Positions 8,008-16,893 are shown, counted from the first letter of the stretch. The stretch: 32,000 nucleotides of DNA from Kiritimatiella glycovorans (GCF_001017655.1 NZ_CP010904.1:720001-752000), one strand, 5' to 3'. Made by a program: numbers and translations. Notes: generated by a model from the sequence alone, not told the origin.

Positions 8008-9185
8008 CCGTGCTCGTGCTCAGCCCCTTCTTCCCGTATCCGCCCAAGTTCGGCGGCGGGGTGCGCGTCTACCACCTGATGCGGCAGCTCGCCCGGGAGC
8101 ACCGGCTCCTGCTGCTGTGCTACCACGACGGTGAGGCCGTGCGGGACCGCGGCGATATGGACACCCTCTGCGAACGCGTCGAAGGTATACCGCATAAGCC
8201 GTCGTCGAAGAGGCTCCTCCAGGCACGCTCGCTCTTCTCGACCAGGTCGTTCCAGGAACTCAATCACTTCTCCGTGCCGATGCAGACCGCGATCGACCGC
8301 GTCTGCGCCGAGGAGAATCCCGACCTCATCCTGGTCGAGTTCGCCCAGATGGGCTGCTTCCGCTTTCCCGAAGGTATCCCGCTGGTTATCGACGAACACA
8401 ACGTCGAATACGATCTCATCCGCCGCATGGCGGGCGACGGCGGCGGCGCGATGCGACGCATCTTCAATGTCGTCGAGGCCGCGAAATTCAAGCGCCGCGA
8501 GCTGGAATGGGTCGGAGAGGCGGCGCTGACGCTGGTGACTTCGGATCGCGACGGCGACCTGCTGAAATCGGAGGTGCCCGGACTCGAGACGGCCTTGATC
8601 ACCAACGGGGTGGACTGCGACGACTTCGCGCCGCCGGAAGAGCGTGAGATCGAGCCCGATTCGCTCGTCTTTGTGGGCGCGACCCACTACTACCCGAACG
8701 AGGACGGCATCCACTTTTTCATGCGCGAGGTCTACCCGCGGCTGGCCGCGCAGAGGCCGGGCCTCAAGGTCTACCTCGTCGGCGGCCGTCCGCCCCCCGC
8801 GGTGGCCCAGTACGCCTCCGCGAACGTGGAGGTCACGGGGTTTGTCGACGATGTGCGGCCGTACATGTGGTCGTCGTCGGTCTTTATCGTCCCGCTCCGC
8901 ATGGGCGGCGGGACGCGGTTCAAGGTGGTGGAGGCGATGGCCTCGGGCGTACCGGTGGTCTCGACCCGCCTGGGCGCGGAGGGCATTCCGCTGGAGCAGG
9001 GGCGTCATGCGCTGCTCGCGGACCGGCCGGAGGAATTCGCTTCGGCGGTCACGGAACTGCTGGACGACCGCGGAAAGGCGGAGCGTCTGAAGGAGGAGGG
9101 ACTCCGGTTCGTGCGCGAACATTTCGACTGGTCGGTGATCGGCGACCGGCTGAACCGGGCGGTGAAGCGGGTGGTGGAGCGATGA
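8004..9185 (+). CDS. Glycosyltransferase family 4
   Basis: LSPFFPYPPKFGGGVRVYHLMRQLA at the N-terminus and GGGTRFKVVEAMASGVPVVSTRLGAEGI at the C-terminus. ATGA overlap with the upstream stop. Confidence 0.85.
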   Translation: MTVLVLSPFFPYPPKFGGGVRVYHLMRQLAREHRLLLLCYHDGEAVRDRGDMDTLCERVEGIPHKPSSKRLLQARSLFSTRSFQELNHFSVPMQTAIDRVCAEENPDLILVEFAQMGCFRFPEGIPLVIDEHNVEYDLIRRMAGDGGGAMRRIFNVVEAAKFKRRELEWVGEAALTLVTSDRDGDLLKSEVPGLETALITNGVDCDDFAPPEEREIEPDSLVFVGATHYYPNEDGIHFFMREVYPRLAAQRPGLKVYLVGGRPPPAVAQYASANVEVTGFVDDVRPYMWSSSVFIVPLRMGGGTRFKVVEAMASGVPVVSTRLGAEGIPLEQGRHALLADRPEEFASAVTELLDDRGKAERLKEEGLRFVREHFDWSVIGDRLNRAVKRVVER

Positions 9186-9745
9186 CCGCGGCGGCGGAAA
9201 GGATCCGGGCTCTGATGCGGCTGGCACGGGACGGCGGGAAAGTCTATGCGTGGGTGTCCTACGGGGCGGGTCTTACGCTTCCGCGCACCATGGAAGGACC
9301 GGGGCCCGTAGCCTGCGTGCGGGGGCTGCCCCGGGCGCGGATCGAAGCCGGGCGGGGCCGCGTCCGGCTCGGCCACGTGGCACTCTATCCGGGCGTGCGA
9401 CTGACGTGTCTCGGCGAAGGCACCCTTACGATGGGCGACGGGGGATACATCAACCGCTTCACACGGCTTGAGACGGGGACGTCGATCCGCATCGGCGGCG
9501 AATGTATGATCTCATGGCACGTCATAATCAGCGATTGCGTAAACGTTCCGGCGGCGGGCGACGGCGATACGCGGCGGGAACCGGTGCGGATCGGCGACCG
9601 TTGCTGGATCGGCGCCCGGGCGGTCATCCGCGGCGGGACCGATCTCGGTGATGACTGTATCGTGGGGGCGGGCACGATCGTGCAGGGCACCTATCCGCCG
9701 GGCGCGGTGATCGTCGGCCGCGCGGCGGAAGCGAGGGCGGCATGA
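9182..9745 (+). CDS. Hexapeptide-repeat acyltransferase
   Basis: The internal ATG at 9182 forms an ATGA overlap with the preceding stop. VRIGDRCWIGARAVIRGGTDLGDDCIVGAGTIVQG are LbH repeats. The ORF-track N-terminal extension from 8867 overlaps the GT4 gene in another frame. Confidence 0.7.
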   Translation: MTAAAERIRALMRLARDGGKVYAWVSYGAGLTLPRTMEGPGPVACVRGLPRARIEAGRGRVRLGHVALYPGVRLTCLGEGTLTMGDGGYINRFTRLETGTSIRIGGECMISWHVIISDCVNVPAAGDGDTRREPVRIGDRCWIGARAVIRGGTDLGDDCIVGAGTIVQGTYPPGAVIVGRAAEARAA

Positions 9746-10257
9746 ATCCTCTGTCGACAGGGTGGCGCAGAGCCGCGGCCGCGCGGGCGGTCGAGGACGC
9801 CCGCGGGCTGACCTTTCTTCCCGGACGGCCGGGGCCGCGCTGGAAGAACGAGGGCGGGCGGATCGCGATGGGTTCCGTGACGATCGGCCCCGGCGTGCGC
9901 GTGTGGGCGGGCGCAGAGGGAGACATCGACGTGGGCGACGGTACAATTCTGGAAGAGGGCGTCGAACTGGTGTCCTGGAGATCGCTGCGCATAGGCGCCC
10001 GCTGCCGTCTCGGTGTGGATGTGCTGGTCATGGATACCGACCTGCACGGCCCCGGCGGGACTGAAGCGGATCGGCGGCCGGTGCGGGTCGGCGACGGCGC
10101 CCGCCTCGGTTCGAGGACGATCGTGCTCAAGGGCGTCACCATCGGCGAGGGCGCGGTGGTCGAGCCGGGATCGATCGTGGTCCGTGACATACCGGCCGGC
10201 GCCGTGTTCGGTCCGCCGCCGGCGAGAGTGATCGAGCGAGGGGGAGACAAATCATGA
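9742..10257 (+). CDS. Hexapeptide-repeat acyltransferase
   Basis: [43 protein letters not shown] are LbH repeats. ATGA overlaps at both ends. Confidence 0.7.
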   Translation: MNPLSTGWRRAAAARAVEDARGLTFLPGRPGPRWKNEGGRIAMGSVTIGPGVRVWAGAEGDIDVGDGTILEEGVELVSWRSLRIGARCRLGVDVLVMDTDLHGPGGTEADRRPVRVGDGARLGSRTIVLKGVTIGEGAVVEPGSIVVRDIPAGAVFGPPPARVIERGGDKS

Positions 10258-11414
10258 AAGTGGGACTGATACGCGGCGCCTATCTCTCGCAGTTCGAGAT
10301 GCAGATCTACGAACAGATGAAGCCGGAGGTCGAACTCGAGGCCTACAAGATCATGATCAACCGCTTCGATACCGGGCTGGTGAGTGTGCCGATCCGGAAG
10401 CTGCACTGCATCGACGATCCGGCGACGGTGATCAGCCCGAAGCTGGGATTCTACTTCGATCTCTTCCTGCAGGCCACGTGCGGGCTGGACTATTATCACC
10501 TCGGACTGGTGAAGGCGCTGGCGGACAGGGATATCGCGCACACGATGGAGACGTTCAACGCCTTTTCCTGGCAGGCGCTGCAGGCGAAACGCCGTTACGG
10601 GACGAAGCTCGTGGTCACGGTGTGGGAGAACCGTCCGTTCGCGGCCGAGCGTTTCGGCGCGAAGCGGCGCATGAAGTACGAGGTGCTGGAGGGCGCGGAC
10701 CTGTTTCTGGCGATGACCCCGCGGGTGAAGGACTGCCTGGAGCTGGAGGGCGCCGATCCCGCGAAAATCAGGGTGCTGCCGCCGGGCGTGAACGTCGAAC
10801 GGTTCAAACCGCGACCCCGGCCGGAAGACCTCGCTTCGGAATACGGCATCCGTGAGGATGACTTCGTGATCCTGAGCGTGGCGACGCTGCGCTGGGAAAA
10901 GGGCGTGTTCCAGATTCTGTACGCCTTCAAAAAGCTGGTCAAAGACACCGGCAGCGAGCGTCTCAAGCTGGTTTTCGCGGGCAGCGGTCCCGCAGAAAAG
11001 GAACTGCAGAAGCGCATTGACCGGCTGGGGTTGCGGGGCCGGGCCGTGATCACGCGCTTCCCCTACGACCGGATGCACGAGGCGTATAACCTCGCCGACG
11101 TATTCGTGCTCGGCAGCATCCCGCGTCCGGGCTGGCTGGAACAGTTCGGGTACGTCCTCGCCGAAGCGCTCGCCTCCGGACTTCCCGTCATCACCACCGA
11201 ATCGGGCTCCATCCCGGAGGTGGTCGGTGAATGCGCCGACCTGGTGCCGCCCGCCGATTATCTGCGCATGGCTCACGCCCTGCGGCGGCTTCTGGAAGAC
11301 GAAGATCGCCGGAGGGATCTGGGCCGTGCGGGCCGCGAACGCGCGGAAGGGCGTTACGACTGCCGCCGGGTGGCCGCGGAGATCAGGAACGCCTACGAGG
11401 AGCTGCTGGCATGA
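10254..11414 (+). CDS. Glycosyltransferase family 4
   Basis: EQFGYVLAEALASGLPVITTESGSIPEVVGE is the GT4 E-x7-E region. Coupled by ATGA on both sides. Confidence 0.85.
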   Translation: MKVGLIRGAYLSQFEMQIYEQMKPEVELEAYKIMINRFDTGLVSVPIRKLHCIDDPATVISPKLGFYFDLFLQATCGLDYYHLGLVKALADRDIAHTMETFNAFSWQALQAKRRYGTKLVVTVWENRPFAAERFGAKRRMKYEVLEGADLFLAMTPRVKDCLELEGADPAKIRVLPPGVNVERFKPRPRPEDLASEYGIREDDFVILSVATLRWEKGVFQILYAFKKLVKDTGSERLKLVFAGSGPAEKELQKRIDRLGLRGRAVITRFPYDRMHEAYNLADVFVLGSIPRPGWLEQFGYVLAEALASGLPVITTESGSIPEVVGECADLVPPADYLRMAHALRRLLEDEDRRRDLGRAGRERAEGRYDCRRVAAEIRNAYEELLA

Positions 11415-12484
11415 ACGCTTCAACCGCGGAACAGAAGACGCTGATCCTGGTGAGCGCCGACGTGGCGTCGATCCGCCGCCGCCTGGCGGAGGAAGAGGAC
11501 CATCCGCGCCAGGATTTCGACGTGCTGGCCGAGCGGCTGGACGCGGAGATCCTGTCCTACGCCGACCTCGGCGCGACCGCGCCGGCGTGCGCCCGGCTGC
11601 TGCGCAGGATCGCCGGGCCGAATGTCGCGCTCGCCTGGCTCGGTTTCCGCCGTAATGCGGACGCTTATTTCACAACCGCGGAGAAGGTCGGCTATCCACT
11701 GGCCCTGCTGCTCAAATTCCGTCGGGACGCGCGGCATGTCATGATCGGACACCTGCTCAGCCCGCCGCACAAGAAATGGTTCGCCCGCCTCTTCCGCATC
11801 TTCAGCCGCATCGATGCGATGATCTGTTATACGAGCCGGCAGGCGAAGTTCGCTGCGCAGGTGCTCCGGGTGCCCGAAAAGAAAATTCATCGCATCGGCT
11901 TTCAGGTCGACCAGGATTTCTACTCCCCGGACGGCGCCGACGAGGGGGTCGGCGTCCTCAGCGTGGGCCGAGAACTCCGCGATTACGAAACGCTGATCGA
12001 GGCGCTCCGGGATACGGATATCCCGCTGACCATCGTGGGCTCAAGCCCCTGGTCGAAACGGCGCGACCGCCTTCGCAACCGCCGGATGCCCGATAACGTC
12101 AGCCTGAAGCGCGGCATTTCATTCGGTGAACTCCGCGAACTGTACCGCAACTGCGCGCTGGCGGCCATCCCGCTCCAGCCGGTCGAATCGCCGGCCGGGG
12201 TGACCACGCTGCTTGAGGCCCAGGCGGTCGGCAAGCCGGTGGTGGTATCCGCATCCCCGGGCATTCTGGACAGTCTGCGCGCCGGGAGAAGCGCGGTGAT
12301 CGTACCCTGCGGGGACGCCGAAGCGATGCGCCGTGAAATCCTCGCCATTCTCGAGAACCGGGAGCGTGCGCTGCGCATCGGCGCGGAAGGCCGCTCCGAC
12401 GTGCTCGCCCGCTGTACCCTCGATCACTTCGTCGACCGGATCGGGAAGATCTTTGATGAGGCGGGGGAGGGGGAGGGAGAGTGA
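11411..12484 (+). CDS. Glycosyltransferase (GT-B, GT4-like C-terminal domain)
   Basis: The internal ATG at 11411 forms an ATGA overlap. ...PLQPVESPAGVTTLLEAQAVGKPVVVSASPGILD... looks like a GT-B nucleotide-sugar binding half. The last codons (GEGEGE) run into the repeat. Confidence 0.65.
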   Translation: MNASTAEQKTLILVSADVASIRRRLAEEEDHPRQDFDVLAERLDAEILSYADLGATAPACARLLRRIAGPNVALAWLGFRRNADAYFTTAEKVGYPLALLLKFRRDARHVMIGHLLSPPHKKWFARLFRIFSRIDAMICYTSRQAKFAAQVLRVPEKKIHRIGFQVDQDFYSPDGADEGVGVLSVGRELRDYETLIEALRDTDIPLTIVGSSPWSKRRDRLRNRRMPDNVSLKRGISFGELRELYRNCALAAIPLQPVESPAGVTTLLEAQAVGKPVVVSASPGILDSLRAGRSAVIVPCGDAEAMRREILAILENRERALRIGAEGRSDVLARCTLDHFVDRIGKIFDEAGEGEGE

Positions 12485-12580
12485 GTGGGAAGGCTGAGAC
12501 CTGAAACCTGAGTAAGAGAATCAGAATCAGAGTCAGAATAAGAGGGAGTGGGAAGGCTGAGACCTGAAACCTGAGTAATG
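12467..12580. repeat. Purine-rich tandem repeat, about 1.6 units (family copy 2)
   Basis: GAGGGAGTGGGAAGGCTGAGACCTGAAACCTGAGTAAGAGAATCAGAATCAGAGTCAGAATAA followed by a partial unit. It is near-identical in core to 5941-6092. Confidence 0.85.
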
Positions 12581-12606
12581 GAATTAAGAACCCATATCGA
12601 TCCATC

Positions 12607-13164
12607 ATGAAACCGACGGTCCTGGCATCCGGTATCTGGCACATGCTTCTCGGATATGTCCACCTGCGGCGCTGTACGCGCGTGGGGCGGCGGCCGCGCG
12701 TGTACGGCCGGCCGGCGATCATCAACCGCGGGAGCATCGAGATCGGCGAACGCTTCCTTTTCTTCAGCACCACGGTGCGGTCGGAACTCATCACCCATCC
12801 CGGCGGACGCATCGCGATCGGCGACCGGGTGTTCCTGAATTACGGTGCGAGCCTCTCGGCGCACGAGGAAATCCGCATCGGCAACGGATGCCAGATCGGT
12901 TCCTACGCGTGCCTGATGGACAACGACTACCACCGGGTCGAGGACCGGAATGCGCTCGGTGAGTCGAAACCGATCGTGCTCGAGGACAACGTCTGGCTCG
13001 GCGTGCGCGTCATCGTGCTGAAAGGGGTCACGATCGGAAAGAATGCGGTGATCGGTGCCGGGAGCGTGGTGACGAAGGACGTGCCGCCGAACTCGCTTGC
13101 CGCGGGGGCTCCGGCGCGGGTGGTGCGCACGTTCGGCGCACCGGAAGAAGCGCGGGAGTCATGA
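12607..13164 (+). CDS. Hexapeptide-repeat O-acetyltransferase (maltose/galactoside acetyltransferase-like)
   Basis: [50 protein letters not shown]. Confidence 0.8.
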   Translation: MKPTVLASGIWHMLLGYVHLRRCTRVGRRPRVYGRPAIINRGSIEIGERFLFFSTTVRSELITHPGGRIAIGDRVFLNYGASLSAHEEIRIGNGCQIGSYACLMDNDYHRVEDRNALGESKPIVLEDNVWLGVRVIVLKGVTIGKNAVIGAGSVVTKDVPPNSLAAGAPARVVRTFGAPEEARES

Positions 13165-14426
13165 GCGTCCTCCTCGACAGCGCGATTTTGCTGGCGGCGG
13201 CGGCGTGCGCGGTCCCCGCCGCCTACCTCCTCCTGCTGACCGTGCAGGCCTGGCGCAACCGCGACCGTCGGCTGATCCGCGGACGCTATGAGGGTCCGCG
13301 CGAACGGCCGTCGAAATGGATCGTGCTCATCCCCGCACACGACGAAGAGCAGGTCATCGGGCAGACTCTCGCGAGTCTGCGGGCGATGTCCTATCCGGCG
13401 GACGCCTTTCGGGTGGCGGTGATTGCGGACAACTGCTCGGACCGGACTGCTGCGCTCGCGCGCGACGGGGGCGCGGAGGTCTTCGAGCGCGCGGACACGG
13501 AGAACCGCGGGAAGGGCCAGGCGCTCGACTGGGCGATGCGCGAACGGCTGGTGCCCATGGACTGGCGCTGGGACGCGGTGGCGGTGGTGGACGCGGATTC
13601 GCAGGTGAACGCCGACTTCCTGTGGTTCATGGACCGCGAGCTGAAGCGCGGGGCACAGGCGATACAGGGATATTACGGCGTCCTCAATCCGCTCGAAGGC
13701 TGGCGCACTTCGCTGCTCGCGGTGGCCCTGGCCTGTTTTCACTTTCTGCGCCCTCTGGGCAGGGAGCGCATGGGGCTGTCCTGCGGATTGAAAGGCAACG
13801 GCATGGGCTTTGCCCGCGCGCTTGTGGAAGCCCACGGCTACCCCGCCGGATCGATCGTCGAGGACCTCGAACTCGCCTGCTATCTGGCCGACCGCGGCAT
13901 TCGGGTGCATTTCGCGCCGGGGGCGCATGTATACGGCCAGATGGTTACCGGGAGCGCCGAGGCCGCTCCGCAGCGCCTGCGCTGGGAAGGCGGCCGGATG
14001 CCCGTCATCCGGACCTGGCTGGGCCGGCTGCTCCGCGGAGCGGTATGCGAGCGGAGCGCGGTCAAGGCGGACGCCGCGATGGAATTGCTCATCCCGCCGC
14101 TGGCGCTGCTCGCGGGCGCGACGTTCGCGGTGTGGCTGCTCGCTCTGCTCGCGGCCTCCGCCGCGTACTATGGGTTCGCCGCGTTCAATCTCGCTCTGGC
14201 GACCCTGGCGCTGACGGCGGAACTGATCCACGTCCTGAGCGGCCCGCCGGTGATCCGCGCCCCCGCCAGAATCTACCTGCGCCTGTGCTTCGTGCCCGTC
14301 TTCGTAGCCTGGAAGGTTGTTCTGCTCGGCTCCCGTGTCGTGCGTCGCGGGAATTCTTCCGAGAATTCCGAATGGGTCCGCACCGCCCGACACGAGGTTG
14401 AAACCGATCACACGGACCCATGCTGA
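13161..14426 (+). CDS. Glycosyltransferase family 2, membrane-anchored (COG1215-type processive-like)
   Basis: N-terminal TM segment, then VLIPAHDEE...IADNCSDRT...VVDADS (DxD region) ...GNGMGF...EDLEL...RLRWEGG (QxxRW-like), and C-terminal TM helices. ATGA overlap with the upstream gene. Confidence 0.85.
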   Translation: MSVLLDSAILLAAAACAVPAAYLLLLTVQAWRNRDRRLIRGRYEGPRERPSKWIVLIPAHDEEQVIGQTLASLRAMSYPADAFRVAVIADNCSDRTAALARDGGAEVFERADTENRGKGQALDWAMRERLVPMDWRWDAVAVVDADSQVNADFLWFMDRELKRGAQAIQGYYGVLNPLEGWRTSLLAVALACFHFLRPLGRERMGLSCGLKGNGMGFARALVEAHGYPAGSIVEDLELACYLADRGIRVHFAPGAHVYGQMVTGSAEAAPQRLRWEGGRMPVIRTWLGRLLRGAVCERSAVKADAAMELLIPPLALLAGATFAVWLLALLAASAAYYGFAAFNLALATLALTAELIHVLSGPPVIRAPARIYLRLCFVPVFVAWKVVLLGSRVVRRGNSSENSEWVRTARHEVETDHTDPC

Positions 14427-14450
14427 TTCTTCCGCCCCCCCTCAACCAAC

Positions 14451-14522
14451 CTTCATGCCCTTCATGTTCTTCATGGTTTATCCCCATCCTGAACCCGAAT
14501 CGGAGCCGGGACGAGGACGAGG
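14451..14522. repeat. Short-period repeats: 3 tandem CTTCATGNN 9-mers (14451-14477) plus a GC-rich hexamer tract (14489-14522)
   Basis: The sequence reads cttcatgcc cttcatgtt cttcatggt, then ctgaacccgaatcggagccgggacgaggacgagg. That second tract follows the GANNCN hexamer pattern of the 5.9/12.5 kb repeats. Confidence 0.6.
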
Positions 14523-14623
14523 TGTTGCGGTGGCAGGGGCTCGACATCCCGGCTTCCGGCGGCTATAAGACCTTCAGCGAAAGGCCGTCCGCAGTAACGC
14601 AAACATCAAAAGGAGCGTGCTTA

Positions 14624-14842
14624 ATGAACACGAATCAGTACCGCCTGTTGAGTCGCCTGTGTCTCCTGCTCGGATTCCTCTCCATCGTCGGGGCCGTGCT
14701 CGTCTGGTTTCTGGCCGGCGGGACGACGCCCGAGAAGCAGGCGTACGCCGAACGCTTCGGTATCTTTATCGGCCTCTGGGTACCCTCCTTCTTCGCGCTC
14801 TCCACCCGGCTGGACCGGTGTGCGGAGGCCCGGGGGGAATAA
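14624..14842 (+). CDS. Hypothetical small membrane protein (72 aa)
   Basis: AAAGGAG lies 8-9 nt upstream of the ATG at 14624. Two clear TM helices (LCLLLGFLSIVGAVLVWFLAG; FGIFIGLWVPSFFAL). Confidence 0.45.
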   Translation: MNTNQYRLLSRLCLLLGFLSIVGAVLVWFLAGGTTPEKQAYAERFGIFIGLWVPSFFALSTRLDRCAEARGE

Positions 14843-15024
14843 CGACCACAAGGAGGGTGCGCGCCGGGGGAGGGCCTCATCTTGACCGCGATGGGGTGGT
14901 CGGAGTCCCCCGGCTAATGGTCATCCGCGATGCTGCTTATTTCCCCGCCAGGGTGCTCCCCCGCACCTGGAGCCGGGTGTCGACTCCGGAATTAGGAGTC
15001 CGCCTAAATCATGATTTTAGTCAG

Positions 15025-15044
15025 AAAAGGGTCAGAACCCTTTT
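15025..15044. terminator. Bidirectional hairpin terminator candidate
   Basis: AAAAGGGT-caga-ACCCTTTT with flanking A and T runs. It lies downstream of both the plus-strand small gene and the minus-strand four-helix-bundle gene tail. Confidence 0.5.
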
Positions 15045-15125
15045 TTAATTATTCCATTGGATGTGCCGACCGCGAATGTGTTCAGGTTCCGGACCCTGGA
15101 AAAGCAAGCGGGACGCGTGCTCTAC

Positions 15126-15236
15126 TTTATGGAAAGGATGCGGGGGATGTTCCTGCCCGAAGCTTTTGGGCTACCGATTTTTATTGCGGTAGTCGATGCG
15201 GGCGCGGGTCATGCGTTCGCGGAGGCCGCCCTGCTT
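15126..15236 (-). pseudogene. Four-helix-bundle (suffix-domain type) gene, detached 3' fragment
   Basis: The minus strand reads (K)QGGLRERMTRARIDYRNKKSVAQKLRAGTSPASFP* with the stop at 15126-15128. GGLRERMTRAR is the conserved suffix segment. It abuts the IS end at 15239 and is in frame with 20383-20922 once the insert is removed. Confidence 0.75.
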
Positions 15237-15238
15237 AA

Positions 15239-15374
15239 CCCGTCTTTCCCCGTTCGGCGGCCCAAACGTCTTTTTTCGGGGGTGTGACCTCCGTTTCGTC
15301 CTTTGTTTTCAAGGGGTCACGTTCCAAAAGGGGCTGTGGGGCAGACCTTGCCGGTTGACGACTTGATTTTCTGT
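15239..15374 (+). mobile_element. Truncated left end of an IS1634-family copy
   Basis: Base-for-base identical to the left end of the intact copy (18401-18536). Identity stops exactly where the IS4-family inverted repeat begins. Confidence 0.85.
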
Positions 15375-16855
15375 CAGTAGCATCCCATAAGGCCCCATAT
15401 CGGGGCACAGGACTTACGTAACCCCTTGCCCTGCAAGGGTCGCACTTTTTCTCCGAGCTATGTTTCATTTGATAATTTTCGCGATCAAGGATGCCCCTGT
15501 TTTTAAATGCGCCCGATGCTGTCCCACATCTCAGAGAGGGGACAACCCTAATCCGGGCAAATAGGCTTGTTGTGGGGCCCATTGCATCCGGAAGCTGCCC
15601 TGTGCTGTCCCATAGGATTTCAAATAAGCGAGCAGATGAAGCCGTTGCCACAGAACCGCGCGCAGGCAGGTAAACAACCGCGTAAAGCTGTGCGCCCAAT
15701 CGCTGCAGGTATGCAGAAAGCGGAGCAACACGTACATCAGCAGCGCCGTCCAGAGCTGCCACTCAATCGCCTTGCGGTTGTGCCCGAGGAAGTCGCCCAG
15801 GTGCAGCGTCTGCTTGATCTGTTTGAAGAAGGTTTCGATGTTCCATCGCGCCTTGTACAGATCACAGATGCTCGAGGCCGCCCACTCGAAGTTGTTCGTA
15901 AAGAAGGTCATTATCCGATCCTCGCCGTTGATCTCGATGCGGGCCACGATCCGGCGCATGCGCTTCGGATAGTCCTTTCGCTTACCGGGATTCTGAACGA
16001 GCACGAGATCGTCACGCAGGATGCGCCCCGCGGGCTTCTTCACCAGCCGCTTCACGCAGCGCAAGTTCATGCTTTCTTTCACGCGGCTCACCCAGAAGAT
16101 ACCCCGCTCGGCCAGTCTGAACAGATGCGTATAGTCGATGTAGGCCATGTCAAACACGGCGATTTCACCCGCCTTGAGGCCTGCGCACAACTCGTGCGCC
16201 TTGGTGCTGTCGTGCCCCCTGGCCGAGTCGACAATCGCGAAGGCCGGCAGGAAGCTCTCCAGGTTCAGCCGCAGGTGCAGCTTCGCGGCCGCCTTGCGCC
16301 GCCGATGCTTCGCCCAGTCCATGCAGTTGGCGAACAGCTTGATCGTCGTGGAGTCCAGGGCATACACCGTTCGTTTGAAGCGCCTCGGCAGTCGGCGGAA
16401 CTTCACGCCACCGAACCCCGGTCGCAACGTCTCGAAGTACTCGAGCACCGACCAGAAAAGCTCCTCGGCCATTTTCGGATCGCGGGTCTTGTTCGCGTGC
16501 GAGAGCCCGTTGCGGCTCGGTGGCTTGGCGCCACGGATGCTGGCCATCGGCGCCCGATGGGCGCGCAGCGCGTCCACCACGTCGTTCAGCCCGATCGCAT
16601 GGGTGAACTGCGCATAGAGCATGCTCACCAGATGGCTCCAGGGCGTGATGCCCCTCGACTTGATCCCGTGCTTGCGCGCAAGTTTCGGCACAAGGTGCGG
16701 CGGAATGAGTTCACAGACCTGACGAAAAATGGCACGCTTACTCCCGGCTCGACTGGCTGGCATCACGCAATCTCCTTTGGGTTAGACACTGAAGAAGATT
16801 GTAGCCAGTCAGTCAGCCATTACAATTTCCGTCCCTCGTGAGTGGGATGCTAGTG
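15375..16855 (-). mobile_element. IS4-family insertion sequence (about 1.48 kb)
   Basis: Terminal inverted repeats CAGTAGCATCCCA (15375-) and TGGGATGCTAGTG (-16855) bracket a single DDE transposase gene. I could not find a clean target duplication. Confidence 0.8.
15531..16766 (-). CDS. IS4-family DDE transposase (DUF4372-type N-terminus)
   Basis: N-terminus FRQVCELIPPHLVPKLARKHG...TPWSHLVSMLYAQ. DDE context VYALDSTTIKL / IAVFDMAYIDY / YKARWNIETFFKQIKQ (Y-R-E-K motif). Confidence 0.9.
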   Translation of the reverse strand: MMPASRAGSKRAIFRQVCELIPPHLVPKLARKHGIKSRGITPWSHLVSMLYAQFTHAIGLNDVVDALRAHRAPMASIRGAKPPSRNGLSHANKTRDPKMAEELFWSVLEYFETLRPGFGGVKFRRLPRRFKRTVYALDSTTIKLFANCMDWAKHRRRKAAAKLHLRLNLESFLPAFAIVDSARGHDSTKAHELCAGLKAGEIAVFDMAYIDYTHLFRLAERGIFWVSRVKESMNLRCVKRLVKKPAGRILRDDLVLVQNPGKRKDYPKRMRRIVARIEINGEDRIMTFFTNNFEWAASSICDLYKARWNIETFFKQIKQTLHLGDFLGHNRKAIEWQLWTALLMYVLLRFLHTCSDWAHSFTRLFTCLRAVLWQRLHLLAYLKSYGTAQGSFRMQWAPQQAYLPGLGLSPL

Positions 16856-16865
16856 ATTTTTGTTC

Positions 16866-16893
16866 TTGAACGGATTGAGTTTTCTGATAGTTT
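16866..16893 (+). promoter_or_regulatory. Candidate sigma70-like promoter for the PEP-CTERM gene
   Basis: TTGAAC, then 16 nt, then TAGTTT, starting 11 bp beyond the IS4 end and about 55 bp upstream of the ATG at 16949. GGAGGA is the RBS. Confidence 0.25.

Noticed and set aside
8867-9745. N-terminally extended versions of the acyltransferase (8867) and of the glycosyltransferase (11231..12484).
   Set aside because: The extensions overlap the upstream GT4 genes out of frame. Internal ATGs at 9182 and 11411 form ATGA stop/start overlaps, like the rest of the operon.
12099-12812. 237-aa minus-strand ORF reading through the purine-rich repeat (..[23 protein letters not shown]..), and 14185..14547 on the minus strand (..INHEEHEGHEGW..).
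   Set aside because: These translations are just the repeat units read in an open reverse frame, fused to antisense of flanking genes. No start context or domain supports them.
14420-14623. N-terminal 68 codons of the 140-aa ORF 14420..14842.
   Set aside because: They translate the 9-mer and hexamer repeats (SCPSCSSWFIPILNPNRSRDEDE). A good RBS and an ATG at 14624 precede the two-TM core.
15235-15762. ORFs crossing the IS ends: 15235..15762 minus, 18397..18588 minus, 15057..15287 plus and 17925..18449 plus. They share peptides such as KDVWAAERGKTG and NPSFPVRRPKRLFSGV.
   Set aside because: The shared peptides simply reflect the identical 139-bp IS1634 left-end duplicate. There is no coding support beyond that.
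15567-16841. 424-aa plus-strand ORF inside the IS4 element. Also 16958..17845 on the minus strand (antisense to the PEP-CTERM gene) and 19133..20044 on the minus strand (antisense to the IS1634 transposase).
   Set aside because: All are antisense to genes with clear transposase or PEP-CTERM signatures, and the products are motif-free.
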